A stretch of DNA of 64,000 bases from sequence record KC801932. One strand, written 5' to 3'. Made by a program: the position numbers and the translations under genes. Positions 7,694 through 18,497 of this stretch are shown piece after piece. The notes below the pieces were generated by a model, which was not told the DNA's origin, searched no databases, and was given only the letters and a program-made list of their open reading frames with translations. How positions within the stretch are numbered: the stretch's first letter is position 1; each line of letters starts with the position of its first letter. Source of the DNA: Escherichia phage Lw1.

Positions 7694-9456
7694 GATACGG
7701 TGGAAATGCAAACTCCCCGTTTTTTGATGGGGTTGTTGAAGAAGTTGATGACCCGTTATTTCTGGGACGGGTTCGGGTTCGCGTATTTGGTGAACACCCA
7801 GCACAGAAACAGAAATCTGAAACTATCGGTATTCCTGTTGAGGAATTGCCGTGGATGGTTCCTATCCAGAACATCACCAGCGCTGCTGTATCAGGAGTTG
7901 GGTTCTCTCCGACTGGTATCGTAAGAGGTAGCTTTGTATTCGGCGTATGGCGCGATAAATGGCATCAGGACGGCGTTATACTGGGAACCTATGCAGGGCA
8001 GTATGTTGAGAAGCCCGACACTCAGAAAGGCTTCTGTGACCCGTTTGGTGAGTATCCCCGCTACGTTGGTAACGATGTCAACGTATTGGCTCGTGGTGGT
8101 GTAGAAGGTAGGACATCAAGTAGTGTTGTTATCCGTGATGCAAACAGTTCATTGGCAGTAAACCCAGACGATCGCCCACTGGACGAAATACCGGAAGATA
8201 ACCGACCGGACACTGGCGGTTTCACCATTGAAACAATGATCAAGCAGGATGAAGGTATTCGGTTGACGTGGTATTATGATGTTAAAGGTTATACAATCGG
8301 GATTGGACACTTTTTCTTAACCGCTCCACAAGGTACAGATCCGGCAGTTGTTAACGCAGCGTTATCTAAACAAATTGGTAGAACTGTTACTGGTGTTCCT
8401 GGATCAATCACAGCAGAAGAAGCGGGCGTTTTATTTCAGCAAGATTTAGCTAAAGTTCATAGAGATATTCAGAATAATAGCAAAGTTCGTGAAGTATATC
8501 ATGATCTTAACCGTCCGCGCCAGATGGCTATTGAAAACATGTGCTTTCAGATGGGTGTTGGTGGTGTAGCAAAATTTACAAATGCTCTGGCTGCTATGAA
8601 GAGTCAGGACTGGCAAACCGCCTACAACGAACTGAGAAACTCAACATGGGCTAACCAGACACCAGGACGTTCTTCACGCGTATCTAAAATCGTGCTGACC
8701 GGAAACCTTGAATCATATGGTGTTATGGTTCCAGATCCAGAAGGAAGAAGCCTAAGCGCTGCTTATAACGCTGTAGTTCTGCAAGCCAGTAACCCAGAAG
8801 ACCCTTTTGTTCCTGGTGATACCCGTGTAATGTTCGAGGAACCAAAATCTGCATACGCTGCTGAATATCCTTACAATATGGTGTTTGAATCTCGTTCGGG
8901 ACATATTCAAGAATTCGACGATACACCAGGATTTGAACGTTATAACCGCGTTCACCCGGCAGGGACATATGAAGAAATTCGTCCTGATGGAAGCCGTGTC
9001 GTAAAAATTATGGGTGATGATTATCAGATTGTTATGCAGGGCAGGAAACTGAACGTTAAAGGCAATTTGCAAGTGGTAGTCGAAGGTGATGCGTTCATTT
9101 ACAATATGGGTAACGTTCAACAGACTGTTGATGGAAACGTAACTGAGTTCGTGCGCGGTAACGTAAACCAGACTGTCGAGGGTGAATATGTGGGACGCGT
9201 AAAAGGTAACGCAGAATTAACCGTCGAAAAAGATGCTACTATAAACGTGGATCAGAATTTAATGGCTAACGTTAAACAGAATGCAACTGTTAACGTAACC
9301 GAAGATGCAACTGTTACCGCAAAAAATGCGATGATGGATATTGAACAAGACTTCGATTTAAACGCGAACAATATCACAATGGTTGCCCGACAAAATACAT
9401 TAATAGATTCCGGTTCTCTGACTAAGATAACTGGTGGAACAGTCCAGGTAGGTTAA
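7690..9456 (+). CDS. 5: baseplate hub subunit and tail lysozyme gp5
   Basis: Central T4-lysozyme-like domain (YYDVKGYTIGIGHFFLT), C-terminal VxGxxx beta-helix repeats, 588 aa. Confidence 0.9.
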   Translation: MRYGGNANSPFFDGVVEEVDDPLFLGRVRVRVFGEHPAQKQKSETIGIPVEELPWMVPIQNITSAAVSGVGFSPTGIVRGSFVFGVWRDKWHQDGVILGTYAGQYVEKPDTQKGFCDPFGEYPRYVGNDVNVLARGGVEGRTSSSVVIRDANSSLAVNPDDRPLDEIPEDNRPDTGGFTIETMIKQDEGIRLTWYYDVKGYTIGIGHFFLTAPQGTDPAVVNAALSKQIGRTVTGVPGSITAEEAGVLFQQDLAKVHRDIQNNSKVREVYHDLNRPRQMAIENMCFQMGVGGVAKFTNALAAMKSQDWQTAYNELRNSTWANQTPGRSSRVSKIVLTGNLESYGVMVPDPEGRSLSAAYNAVVLQASNPEDPFVPGDTRVMFEEPKSAYAAEYPYNMVFESRSGHIQEFDDTPGFERYNRVHPAGTYEEIRPDGSRVVKIMGDDYQIVMQGRKLNVKGNLQVVVEGDAFIYNMGNVQQTVDGNVTEFVRGNVNQTVEGEYVGRVKGNAELTVEKDATINVDQNLMANVKQNATVNVTEDATVTAKNAMMDIEQDFDLNANNITMVARQNTLIDSGSLTKITGGTVQVG

Positions 9457-9458
9457 TC

Positions 9459-11531
9459 ATGATCATGGATTATGAAACGATAATTGATGGAATTATGCAA
9501 AATTTTCAGCATCCTTGTGATGCTGAAATACCTGCTGGATCGTACAGACGTATTATCTGGCAGGGACATACAGAAGACTACCCCGCTGTTGGGGTAGAAT
9601 GGGATACTGAAATCATTCCGATCGGGACGCATCTTTACACGCAATCCCCGTTCGGACAGAAAAGCGATCCGCTTCCGGTAGTCAACTCCCCAGGAACCGA
9701 TCCAGGAACTGGGGAAGCAACCGGGATTCTGGTAGAGAAGATTGGTTATTATTTCACCACACAACAGGAAATTGACGATTATATCACTTCTATTGGTGCA
9801 ACGAAACTAACTGGTAACGATTGGTACGGCGCGGATCTGACAAAAGCAAACCTGTTTAAAAATCCGGGGGAACTCGCAATGTATAAAGTCGAGAACTCTG
9901 GTGGTTATCTGATGACTTCTGGACCTCGCTGTGATCCACGTATCAGACAGGCTTATAACGTCGATACAGGGGCGTTTACGAGCATTGATTACGATTGGAA
10001 TGGTAATCGTATTGCTTACATGAAACATGACGACACAGGGGCGCACAATTGCAAATACGTAGGGATGATGGTCAACACCAACGCAGATACGAGCATTCCT
10101 CCGGTTCCTCCGGCTATGCCGTCTGTGTATGGTGCGTTACCGAGCGAAATTTCAATGATGCGATCTGGTTTGGGTTGTGTTCCGGCGACCGTTGGGTTTG
10201 CCTACACAAACATCAGTGATGCGATGCTCGAAGCATGGAACGAAACCAGGAAATCATTCAAACTTGTATTTGACATGCTTTCTGGGATCACTAAATCGGG
10301 TTCTGGTGGTATTTCTACAATGTATGATGGTTTGTGTATCGCGATGGAAGAAATTGCAGCAGGTGCTCTTGCTTTATCCCAGCAAGCATGGCAAGCCGCA
10401 ATGAAAGTGTTTCGTGATGTTATTTCATCAGCATTGAACATTGTAGGTGGTGCGTGGGACATGATAAAAAGTTTTCTGCCTACGGTGACCATTATGGGTG
10501 TGTCGATAAACATATACGATCTGATTTTTGGTGATAACTCTGTTCAGACACTAAAAGACGCATTTCAGGCAATCATTGATTCTGGTGTACAAACATATGA
10601 AGCAATCATAAACGAAATATATGCCACTATAGGCAGTGTTTACAATTATGCGGTAGAATATGTCAAGGCTGGCGCTAGAGACCTCGTAGACGCGTGTAGT
10701 GCGTTATTTGATTGGTGTATTACTATGTTCCAGAATGGTTGTGTGGCACTGGTTGATTTATACGGAAGGATCATGCAGATCTGGTCAATGCCTCCGATGG
10801 TTCCAAACCCGTTATGGGCTGCTGTTTTGGCTATCAGAAACATCCTTATGCAGATCAAACCTCTTGATATAATTTTAAGCGGTAACTTTCCTGGTTTTAC
10901 TGCGATGGACTTGTACCAATGGGCGCAAGAAAAAGTCAAGGAATTTATTGATCAATCATACGAACAGATACGCGGATATTATGAACAGGCTAAAAATCTT
11001 TACAACATGCTAACATCGCAGACTCAGGAAAGGGATGCAATAAAACGTAAATTTGACCAGTATCTTAACTGGATGTGGGGTGCTGTTACTGATGCTGCTA
11101 CCGCTGCATATCAGGCCGCGTTGGACGCTGCAAACGAAGCAATCGAACAAACAAAGGCAATGATAGATGGTGTTAAAGCACAGATAGCCGCTCTACAGGA
11201 CGCGTTGAAAGACACGTACAGTCTCGCAATGGAAGAGTTAAAGAAACTGCCTATCATGCAGCAGATTAACGAATTCTTAGGCTACTGTGGTATTGCTTTC
11301 GATGACTTACTGAAAACGTATGATAACGCGGTTACGGGCGCAAAATCCCTGTATAAAAACTTTGTGGACAGTTCCCGATCGTTCAAGGATACCTGCAAGG
11401 TGATATACAACCAGATATGTACGCTGGCACTAAGTAAGGTGACTCAATACGTGAATAAACTGTTGTCTCTAATCGGACTGATGATCAATTTCGCATCAAT
11501 CAATATTTGCGTTCCGATGATTCAACTATAA
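9459..11531 (+). CDS. large hypothetical protein (690 aa) between gp5 and gp6; helical, hydrophobic segments, C-terminal coiled-coil
   Basis: Long uninterrupted ORF tightly coupled to gp5 stop; no recognisable catalytic motif by eye. Confidence 0.8.
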   Translation: MIMDYETIIDGIMQNFQHPCDAEIPAGSYRRIIWQGHTEDYPAVGVEWDTEIIPIGTHLYTQSPFGQKSDPLPVVNSPGTDPGTGEATGILVEKIGYYFTTQQEIDDYITSIGATKLTGNDWYGADLTKANLFKNPGELAMYKVENSGGYLMTSGPRCDPRIRQAYNVDTGAFTSIDYDWNGNRIAYMKHDDTGAHNCKYVGMMVNTNADTSIPPVPPAMPSVYGALPSEISMMRSGLGCVPATVGFAYTNISDAMLEAWNETRKSFKLVFDMLSGITKSGSGGISTMYDGLCIAMEEIAAGALALSQQAWQAAMKVFRDVISSALNIVGGAWDMIKSFLPTVTIMGVSINIYDLIFGDNSVQTLKDAFQAIIDSGVQTYEAIINEIYATIGSVYNYAVEYVKAGARDLVDACSALFDWCITMFQNGCVALVDLYGRIMQIWSMPPMVPNPLWAAVLAIRNILMQIKPLDIILSGNFPGFTAMDLYQWAQEKVKEFIDQSYEQIRGYYEQAKNLYNMLTSQTQERDAIKRKFDQYLNWMWGAVTDAATAAYQAALDAANEAIEQTKAMIDGVKAQIAALQDALKDTYSLAMEELKKLPIMQQINEFLGYCGIAFDDLLKTYDNAVTGAKSLYKNFVDSSRSFKDTCKVIYNQICTLALSKVTQYVNKLLSLIGLMINFASINICVPMIQL

Positions 11532-11534
11532 ATA
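11527..11534 (+). promoter_or_regulatory. T4-type late promoter box TATAAATA
   Basis: Exact TATAAATA ~20 nt upstream of gp6 ATG. Confidence 0.45.
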
Positions 11535-11554
11535 CCCGATAAAGAGGGGTAATA

Positions 11555-13468
11555 ATGGCTACCGTAAAGAAACAAATTAATCAGATCCCCGATATTTTCG
11601 TCGGGGCTACTTTTGATGAAATCAAATCAGATTTAATTAACTGGCTTCGTGGTCAGGAAGAATTTAAGGATTACGATTTCGCTGGCTCTCGTATGAACGT
11701 ACTGGTTGACCTGCTTTCGTATACTACACTGTACATTCAGCAAATGAGTAACACCGCACTATTCGAATCATTCATTCGAACTGCGGCGCTTCGTAGTTCT
11801 GTTGTACAAAAGGCTCAGGATCTGGGATATATGCCGGACTCTCGCACCGCTGCAAATACCTCGATTCTAATTACTGCAAAGAACCCGCTGAACCCTACGT
11901 CAATTCGTATTCCACGAGGGACGAAGTTTATCGGTACTGTAAAAGAAACAAACAGCTTCCCGTTTGTCGTATCCGATGACGTGGTGATCGTGCGTGACAA
12001 AGACAACAACTATGTTTCTATGTTAAACATTGTCCAGGGGCGTTTAGTTCGTACTGAGGTAATCTACGATGGTTCTACTATCCTGATTCGCGATCCGAAT
12101 ATAGACCGTAACCAGGTGCGTGTGTCTATCAACGGGGCGCAATGGGATGACTGGACAAACGAAAGTATCGTAAACGCAACGGGCGCAAGTACCGTGTTTT
12201 ATATGCGGGAAACCGTTGACGGACACACTGAGGTTTACTTTGGTGAAGGTGAAACCAGTCAACAGGTGGCAGGTGGTGCTCTTACCGCTGACTACATCGG
12301 GGGCTTGAAACCTGCTAACGGTTCTGTCGTTGTTATTGAATATATTTCAACCAATGGCGAAGAAGCAAACGGTGCGGAAAACTTTGTTTACGTGGATACG
12401 TTGACAAATATCAGCATTACAAGTATTGTTGAGAACCCGACCAACTCTCAGGACTACGTAGGTGCTGATGGTGGCGGTGAACCGGAAGACATTGAGCGTA
12501 TTCGTGAACTTGCTCCGATCATGCGTGAAACACAACGTCGTTGTGTTACTGCGTCGGATTATGAATCGTTCCTGTCTCACAGATTCGGTTCGGTGATCCA
12601 AGCTGTACAGTGCTTTACTGACAGTGAAAAACCTGGATATGCGTTTATCGCGGTTAAACCGAAATCAGGGTTGCGCTTAACCTCTGTGCAGAAAGAGGAT
12701 ATGCAAAACTATCTGGCGAAGTATAACCTTGCGACGATCACGCCGTCTATTCTCGACCCTAACTATCTGTATATTGTACAAAACATCAAAGTTACGTATG
12801 ATATCAGTAAATTGATTGAGTCAGAAGAATGGCTTCGTGGTCAGGTAATCAACGAAATCGACAAATACTATACTGATAACGTTGAAATTTTCAACAAATC
12901 ATTCAGTAAGTCCAAGATGTTGACCTATGTTGATAACGCGGACGTGTCGATCATCGGTTCTTCTGCAACGATTAACATGTTGCGTGAACTCGATAACTAT
13001 TACAGTGCTCCGATGTCTGGTATTCATTTCTTAAACCAGGTCGCATCACGATCCATTATATCGAACGGATTCAAGTATACAAATGCTGATGACGATTCAT
13101 ATGATGTGCGTTATGCGTCTACTGATATGGACACTACGACCGGACTTGCTAAAATCGTAATAGGGCCATTTAAAGATGGTGATATCTCAATCACTCCGTA
13201 TGCTGGGGATGATTTCGATAAATACCCTGGGGTGACGGACAGAACGAAATACTATGAGGTCGGTTATGTTGAACATTACAACGACTTCATTAGCTTCGAT
13301 CTGGGTGTTTTAAACGTCCCATCAGAACGCTTTAGCGCTGCTTATATCGAACTGACGGCTAAACCATTAGAGGAAACTATCTTTACCCGTGATGGTTCTC
13401 TGATTGTGTTTGAAAACGATCTGCGTCCTCAATATACCACGTTGACGATGAACCCGATCAGCCAATAA
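11555..13468 (+). CDS. 6: baseplate wedge protein gp6
   Basis: N-terminal ~170 aa closely parallels T4 gp6 (IPDIFVGATFDEIK...YDFAGSRMNVL...LRSSVVQKAQD). Confidence 0.9.
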   Translation: MATVKKQINQIPDIFVGATFDEIKSDLINWLRGQEEFKDYDFAGSRMNVLVDLLSYTTLYIQQMSNTALFESFIRTAALRSSVVQKAQDLGYMPDSRTAANTSILITAKNPLNPTSIRIPRGTKFIGTVKETNSFPFVVSDDVVIVRDKDNNYVSMLNIVQGRLVRTEVIYDGSTILIRDPNIDRNQVRVSINGAQWDDWTNESIVNATGASTVFYMRETVDGHTEVYFGEGETSQQVAGGALTADYIGGLKPANGSVVVIEYISTNGEEANGAENFVYVDTLTNISITSIVENPTNSQDYVGADGGGEPEDIERIRELAPIMRETQRRCVTASDYESFLSHRFGSVIQAVQCFTDSEKPGYAFIAVKPKSGLRLTSVQKEDMQNYLAKYNLATITPSILDPNYLYIVQNIKVTYDISKLIESEEWLRGQVINEIDKYYTDNVEIFNKSFSKSKMLTYVDNADVSIIGSSATINMLRELDNYYSAPMSGIHFLNQVASRSIISNGFKYTNADDDSYDVRYASTDMDTTTGLAKIVIGPFKDGDISITPYAGDDFDKYPGVTDRTKYYEVGYVEHYNDFISFDLGVLNVPSERFSAAYIELTAKPLEETIFTRDGSLIVFENDLRPQYTTLTMNPISQ

Positions 13469-13475
13469 TTTTAAA

Positions 13476-13502
13476 CCCCTGTCATCCGGCAGGGGTTTTT
13501 TG
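13476..13502 (+). terminator. rho-independent terminator after gp6
   Basis: cccctg/cagggg stem followed by tttttt. Confidence 0.65.
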
Positions 13503-13547
13503 TTTCCTAAATATGGGATATAAGTAACGCAAATTTGGAGAAACATA

Positions 13548-16500
13548 ATGATTAAAGCGCCGTCAATTACCAGTTTGCGCGTTGATAAACTGGCTGCTAA
13601 CTTCGTTTATTTGAAGTGGGATAGCGTCGGCATGGATTTTTACTATGTCGTGGAAATGGCTGAAACTCGCGGTGCGGGTGGTGCTGTGATTCCAGATGCG
13701 GATCTAACATGGTTCCAGTTGGGCTATGCGTATGTGAACGAATGGTTCTCTACTGCTGTGCAACCGGATAGCTTTTACAAATTCCGTATTAAGGTTACAC
13801 ATCAGGGATTTGAACCGTCTGATTGGGTTTACAGTGATGAACTCTGGACATTCACCCTTAACGCCTACGCATATTCAACCATGCGCGAATTTACACCAAG
13901 TGACGCATTTATAAACGAAAAATTCGCAAAGAACAATCAGAATTACGTGAATTTTAATACAGATGTGGTAATGGCAGCGTTGATGAAAGAAGACTTCGTG
14001 TTTTCTCCACTGTACACTGACGTATCCCAGATTAGTGATAAGATTCTTACACAGGAAAACTATCACGAGATCCAGGATCACATTGAACACGTTTGTAATG
14101 ACATTAACAGAACTTTTCTGGTAGCGTCAAACGGTTTGTTATATCTGTTTGAACGTTTTCAGAACATGGCTAAGGTATCCAATGACAAGGGGCAAACATG
14201 GCATTACTACAAGGCGTTTAACGACCGCGTAGGAAACCCCGTATCGCGCTCTGTAGCGTACCAAAGCACAAACACAACATATGTACTGGGTTATGACCGG
14301 ATCTTCTACGGGCGCACTTCAACGGATATTCGCTGGTCTGCGGACGATGTGCGATTCTCTGCTGATGACGTTACGTTTGCTAAACTGGGGAACCAGGCAG
14401 GGCTTGATTTCGACGTTGACTCATACAACACATTTGCAAAACTGCCTGGTGATGTATCGAAATATGCAGAAGCAATTGCATGTTCTGATGAATGGCTTTA
14501 TGTTGTAGCAAAAAACGTTATGCGTCGTATCGCTCTGAAACAGACACCGATCGACACCGATCCGAGTTCACCAACGTTCGGGGAAAAGATTTTCGACACA
14601 ACAAGCTATACTGTTGTACCAGGGAATGATAAAATTGTTGTTAAGAAAATGGATGTAATGAACGGTATATTATACGCGCTCGTTTCGGGTGAAGTAAAAA
14701 CAGCTCTACAAGATCCGACAAAACCGGAAAACGTTGTTCCGTCTGATGATTCTGGTGTGTATCAATGGCAAGAAGACACTAAAACTTTTGTTCGCCTGTA
14801 CGGTAATACAGAAGAGGAACGTTTCTTCATTGAACACGAATATACCAATATGTCAACAAACGGGAAAGAGATTTTTATCTCTGTTGCAAATTACAAGTAT
14901 CCTGGGACTTTGCCAGATCCAGAACTGTTGGTCACTAACCCTGAATTAATCAGTGCTGTGAAATATGATTTGCGTCCTGGTTACACTGCCAGCCTGTCGA
15001 TTAACTTCGCAACTATTCGCGCACATATCGACGACCCTACAGTATGGGAGTTCGGGCCGCAAGAATATTACAACGAAGCAAACTATAGCTGGTTTTTCCG
15101 TGATTCCGTTCGTACATGGATCACTAATGACAACCGTCCGTTGGTGGTATATCCGAAAATTGTATATGAACTCGTTACGGATACTGCGGGACCGTCCTCT
15201 ACGTTGCGCGTCAACAAAGAAGTATGGGATCGCGGACATGTTACGATTTACATAAACAACATCAAGTTCACAGGGTTCACAAAGTATACAAACGGCGTGT
15301 TGCTGTATAAAAGTTCCGGTGAAATTATCGGGTTCTTTGAACTGAGTTATCGTGCTCGTGATAGTCTAACGATTTTCTGGAAACCAGACAACACATTGCT
15401 GATTGCTGATTTAATCCAACAGGAACGCGAACAGCCTTACGTACCGGATCTGTCTTCTGGACTGATTGACCCAGATTTAAGCCATATGATTACTCGCTTT
15501 GCACCTCAAAGCTATCTGGATCAGGAATACTTCGAAAAGTTCGGTGAATACTATTTGCAATTCGTTTCTCTGGGTGAAAACACCTACTATAACAAGTTGC
15601 TGAACCTAATCAGGAACAAATACCCACGCGAGAAAAACAGCGTTGAATATCTGTGGTCGGAAGTAAACCGTCGCAATATCTACCTAGATAAAACGAAGCG
15701 TGATCAGGTTGTACGATTCTTTGAATCCCGTGCTAGTGATTTTTATTCTACGAAGGGGATCGAGGCAAGCTATAAATTCCTGTTTAAACTCCTGTATAAC
15801 GAAGATGTGTCTGTAGAGATTGAAAGTTCAAACACCCTCGAATATGATATTTTGGTTTCTTCAACGAATATCAGTCAGGATATTGTAGGACGGACGATCT
15901 ATACACCAACTGCACGAGCAAACGTAACGTACATCGAACGAGATTACAAAGACGGGCAACTGCGTTGGTCGATGACGTTACACAACGTGATCGGTAACTT
16001 CCTGGAAGGGCAGGTCGTTAAGTCTGAAAAGACTAATTTCACAGGTAACATACTGCGTGGTGTTCGTGGTAAGCAAATGGCGAATAACTCGATCGACTAC
16101 TTCAACCGTGGGCGCTCGTATTATGTGATGAAAATCCGTTCAAACCTTCCGGCTTCCCGTTATAAGGATGACGTGTTACGGTTTGTGCATCCGGTAGGAT
16201 TTGGCTTTATCGGTATTACCATGCTTACGGTTTTCATTAACTCCGGTTTATCGATGACGCATAGTGAAACGATAATTGATATCCTTCGAAACTATCGTTT
16301 TGATAGTGGGTATCCTAAGTTCTGGCCCGATCGTGTTGCGCGTCTGGATGGTAACGGAAACCAGACATTTGACCTTGTGACAGGCGAAGCATTGTACGAA
16401 CCTCACCCTAACGCGGGGCAACCGTTCGATGTTCCTCCAGAATACGACATTGACGAACAACCGCTGAATGGTGTATTGCCGTCCGCGCGTAGATTCGATC

Positions 16501-16631
16501 AAAGTCCGCTGTTCGATAGTTCTGCGGTTAAATACTCTCAGTTCCGTAACTTAGTGGAAAAACGATTGAAAGACGACGCGGGTAATCCTCGCGATCCGAA
16601 TCCACCGACTCAGATAAAGGTAGGAAAATAA
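13548..16631 (+). CDS. 7: baseplate wedge initiator gp7
   Basis: 1027 aa, position and size as T4 gp7. Confidence 0.85.
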   Translation: MIKAPSITSLRVDKLAANFVYLKWDSVGMDFYYVVEMAETRGAGGAVIPDADLTWFQLGYAYVNEWFSTAVQPDSFYKFRIKVTHQGFEPSDWVYSDELWTFTLNAYAYSTMREFTPSDAFINEKFAKNNQNYVNFNTDVVMAALMKEDFVFSPLYTDVSQISDKILTQENYHEIQDHIEHVCNDINRTFLVASNGLLYLFERFQNMAKVSNDKGQTWHYYKAFNDRVGNPVSRSVAYQSTNTTYVLGYDRIFYGRTSTDIRWSADDVRFSADDVTFAKLGNQAGLDFDVDSYNTFAKLPGDVSKYAEAIACSDEWLYVVAKNVMRRIALKQTPIDTDPSSPTFGEKIFDTTSYTVVPGNDKIVVKKMDVMNGILYALVSGEVKTALQDPTKPENVVPSDDSGVYQWQEDTKTFVRLYGNTEEERFFIEHEYTNMSTNGKEIFISVANYKYPGTLPDPELLVTNPELISAVKYDLRPGYTASLSINFATIRAHIDDPTVWEFGPQEYYNEANYSWFFRDSVRTWITNDNRPLVVYPKIVYELVTDTAGPSSTLRVNKEVWDRGHVTIYINNIKFTGFTKYTNGVLLYKSSGEIIGFFELSYRARDSLTIFWKPDNTLLIADLIQQEREQPYVPDLSSGLIDPDLSHMITRFAPQSYLDQEYFEKFGEYYLQFVSLGENTYYNKLLNLIRNKYPREKNSVEYLWSEVNRRNIYLDKTKRDQVVRFFESRASDFYSTKGIEASYKFLFKLLYNEDVSVEIESSNTLEYDILVSSTNISQDIVGRTIYTPTARANVTYIERDYKDGQLRWSMTLHNVIGNFLEGQVVKSEKTNFTGNILRGVRGKQMANNSIDYFNRGRSYYVMKIRSNLPASRYKDDVLRFVHPVGFGFIGITMLTVFINSGLSMTHSETIIDILRNYRFDSGYPKFWPDRVARLDGNGNQTFDLVTGEALYEPHPNAGQPFDVPPEYDIDEQPLNGVLPSARRFDQSPLFDSSAVKYSQFRNLVEKRLKDDAGNPRDPNPPTQIKVGK

Positions 16632-17623
16632 TGGCTCAACAAAACATCTACCGTGCGGTCGTAACTGGTAAGTTCCGCACGGAAAACATGATGAACTTTC
16701 GTGATATGATCGGGGATGACCCCGATCACAACTCGATTTATATGTCAATCGGGAGAACAGAACAATGGGCTGATAATGAATCAGATCCTGAGTTTGCTCC
16801 CCCGTATCCGAACGATGATACAGATGGTATTGTTGATATGTGGACGCATATGATCGGCACGACGAAAGTTCCTGGCGAAATGATTGATGCAATCGTTCCG
16901 CGTAAAGACTGGGGCGATACTCGATACCCAAACCCGAAAATATTCTATGTGAATGATATCGTGGTTGTCAACTCCGCTCCTTATAACCGTACTGACTATG
17001 GTAAAGGATGGATGGTATACCGCGTTGTAGACGTTCCTGATATCGGTTCTTGCTCTATCTCCAGTATCACGGGTAAAGTTGAATGTGTGCGCATTGGTGG
17101 CGTTTGGACGCCTACTCATGAATCTGTCGAACCCCCGCGCGGGGAAGCAAACGGGATTGATATGGGTGACGGGTATATTTGGGAATATCTCTATACTATC
17201 CCTCCTGATGTCGTGATCAACCGTTGCACAAACGAACATATTGTCGTTCCATTCCCTGATGAACTTGAAGAAGATCCGGTACGCTGGGGTTACGATAACG
17301 TGATTAAATGGTATCCAGATATGTATGATTTGGTGTTCCGTATGAAGGTACACTCAATGCGATTCCGTGCATATATGGATTCTCTGTTCTTCCCGCAAGC
17401 CTCATTACCTGGCAACCGTGGGTTCCGTCAAGTCAGCGTGATTGTTAACCCTCTGCTCAAAAAGGCGCAACCAACAGATCCAGAAGTGAAAGCAACCGGA
17501 CAATTTTATACACGGGATCAGCTTGAACTTGATTCAGGGCAAATGATCTACATGGAAAACAGACAACCGATTATTCGTTCTCCTGATCAGACCGAAGAAG
17601 TCAGTATTATTTTCGAATTCTAA
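16631..17623 (+). CDS. 8: baseplate wedge protein gp8
   Basis: 330 aa, synteny. Confidence 0.8.
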   Translation: MAQQNIYRAVVTGKFRTENMMNFRDMIGDDPDHNSIYMSIGRTEQWADNESDPEFAPPYPNDDTDGIVDMWTHMIGTTKVPGEMIDAIVPRKDWGDTRYPNPKIFYVNDIVVVNSAPYNRTDYGKGWMVYRVVDVPDIGSCSISSITGKVECVRIGGVWTPTHESVEPPRGEANGIDMGDGYIWEYLYTIPPDVVINRCTNEHIVVPFPDELEEDPVRWGYDNVIKWYPDMYDLVFRMKVHSMRFRAYMDSLFFPQASLPGNRGFRQVSVIVNPLLKKAQPTDPEVKATGQFYTRDQLELDSGQMIYMENRQPIIRSPDQTEEVSIIFEF

Positions 17624-17633
17624 GGAAAACATA

Positions 17634-18497
17634 ATGGCATATCAAACAGGCAAAAAATTAATTGACGTGGGGCAGATCGGCAACCCGTCAACTGGTGACC
17701 CGCTGTATGACGGCGGTGTAAAACTTAACGAAATCATCACCAACGTGTATAACGCGTTTGGTGATGTGCGTTTACTGACTGCAAACGATGGTGTGGGTAC
17801 AATGCTGCTCCACGCTACCGGATATTTTCAGAAGTTACCACGTACCTATTATTCAGGCAATCCGATCGAACTGGGTTCCTTGCATGATATGGATACGTCA
17901 ACAGGACCGATCACGGTTGTTCTTCCTTCTGGCAAAGCGGGTGAAGGATGTTATTTCATAAATAGTAACGGTAGTATTTCTGTTGACCGTCCTCTGGTGT
18001 TCCGTCCTCAAGTTGGCGATAATATCAAAGGTGTCCAGGATCAGCTTTACATCACCTCTCCATACACCCAGATTAAATTGTGGTGTGTTAAGAAAGAGGG
18101 TTCTGTAACCACATGGGATTATTCAGTCGAATCAATGTTCGGCTCTAAAACAATGCCAGTGGATACTACCAAACTAATTCTGAAAGCATCACCGACCGCA
18201 ATTCCTTTATTCGGTTACACTGAATTCAGCGGGGCGAAATTGCTCGTATATGCTGAAAGTATGACAGGAACAGTCAATAAAATGGCTGAAATCCTTCTCG
18301 CGGTAGACCGTATTGCTAAAGGCGTGTATTCAACAGAATATGCTGTTCTGAAAAATAGCGATGACGATATGTACACCCTTACTTTCACTGTCGGCGCTGG
18401 TGATGTGGTATATGCAAACGTACAATCCAAAGTCGAAGATCGCATTAAGTTTTCGATTAAAGCGATTGACACCATTAAATCAGGGATCGCAGCATGA
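17634..18497 (+). CDS. 9: baseplate wedge tail fiber connector gp9
   Basis: 287 aa, synteny. Confidence 0.8.
   Translation: MAYQTGKKLIDVGQIGNPSTGDPLYDGGVKLNEIITNVYNAFGDVRLLTANDGVGTMLLHATGYFQKLPRTYYSGNPIELGSLHDMDTSTGPITVVLPSGKAGEGCYFINSNGSISVDRPLVFRPQVGDNIKGVQDQLYITSPYTQIKLWCVKKEGSVTTWDYSVESMFGSKTMPVDTTKLILKASPTAIPLFGYTEFSGAKLLVYAESMTGTVNKMAEILLAVDRIAKGVYSTEYAVLKNSDDDMYTLTFTVGAGDVVYANVQSKVEDRIKFSIKAIDTIKSGIAA

Noticed and set aside
9456-11555. Small PAAR-type spike-tip ORF between gp5 and gp6
   Set aside because: No small Cys/His-rich ORF is present; the interval is filled by the single 690-aa ORF
16781-17353. 190-aa minus-strand ORF antisense to gp8
   Set aside because: Inside a conserved structural gene in a uniformly plus-strand late operon; spurious
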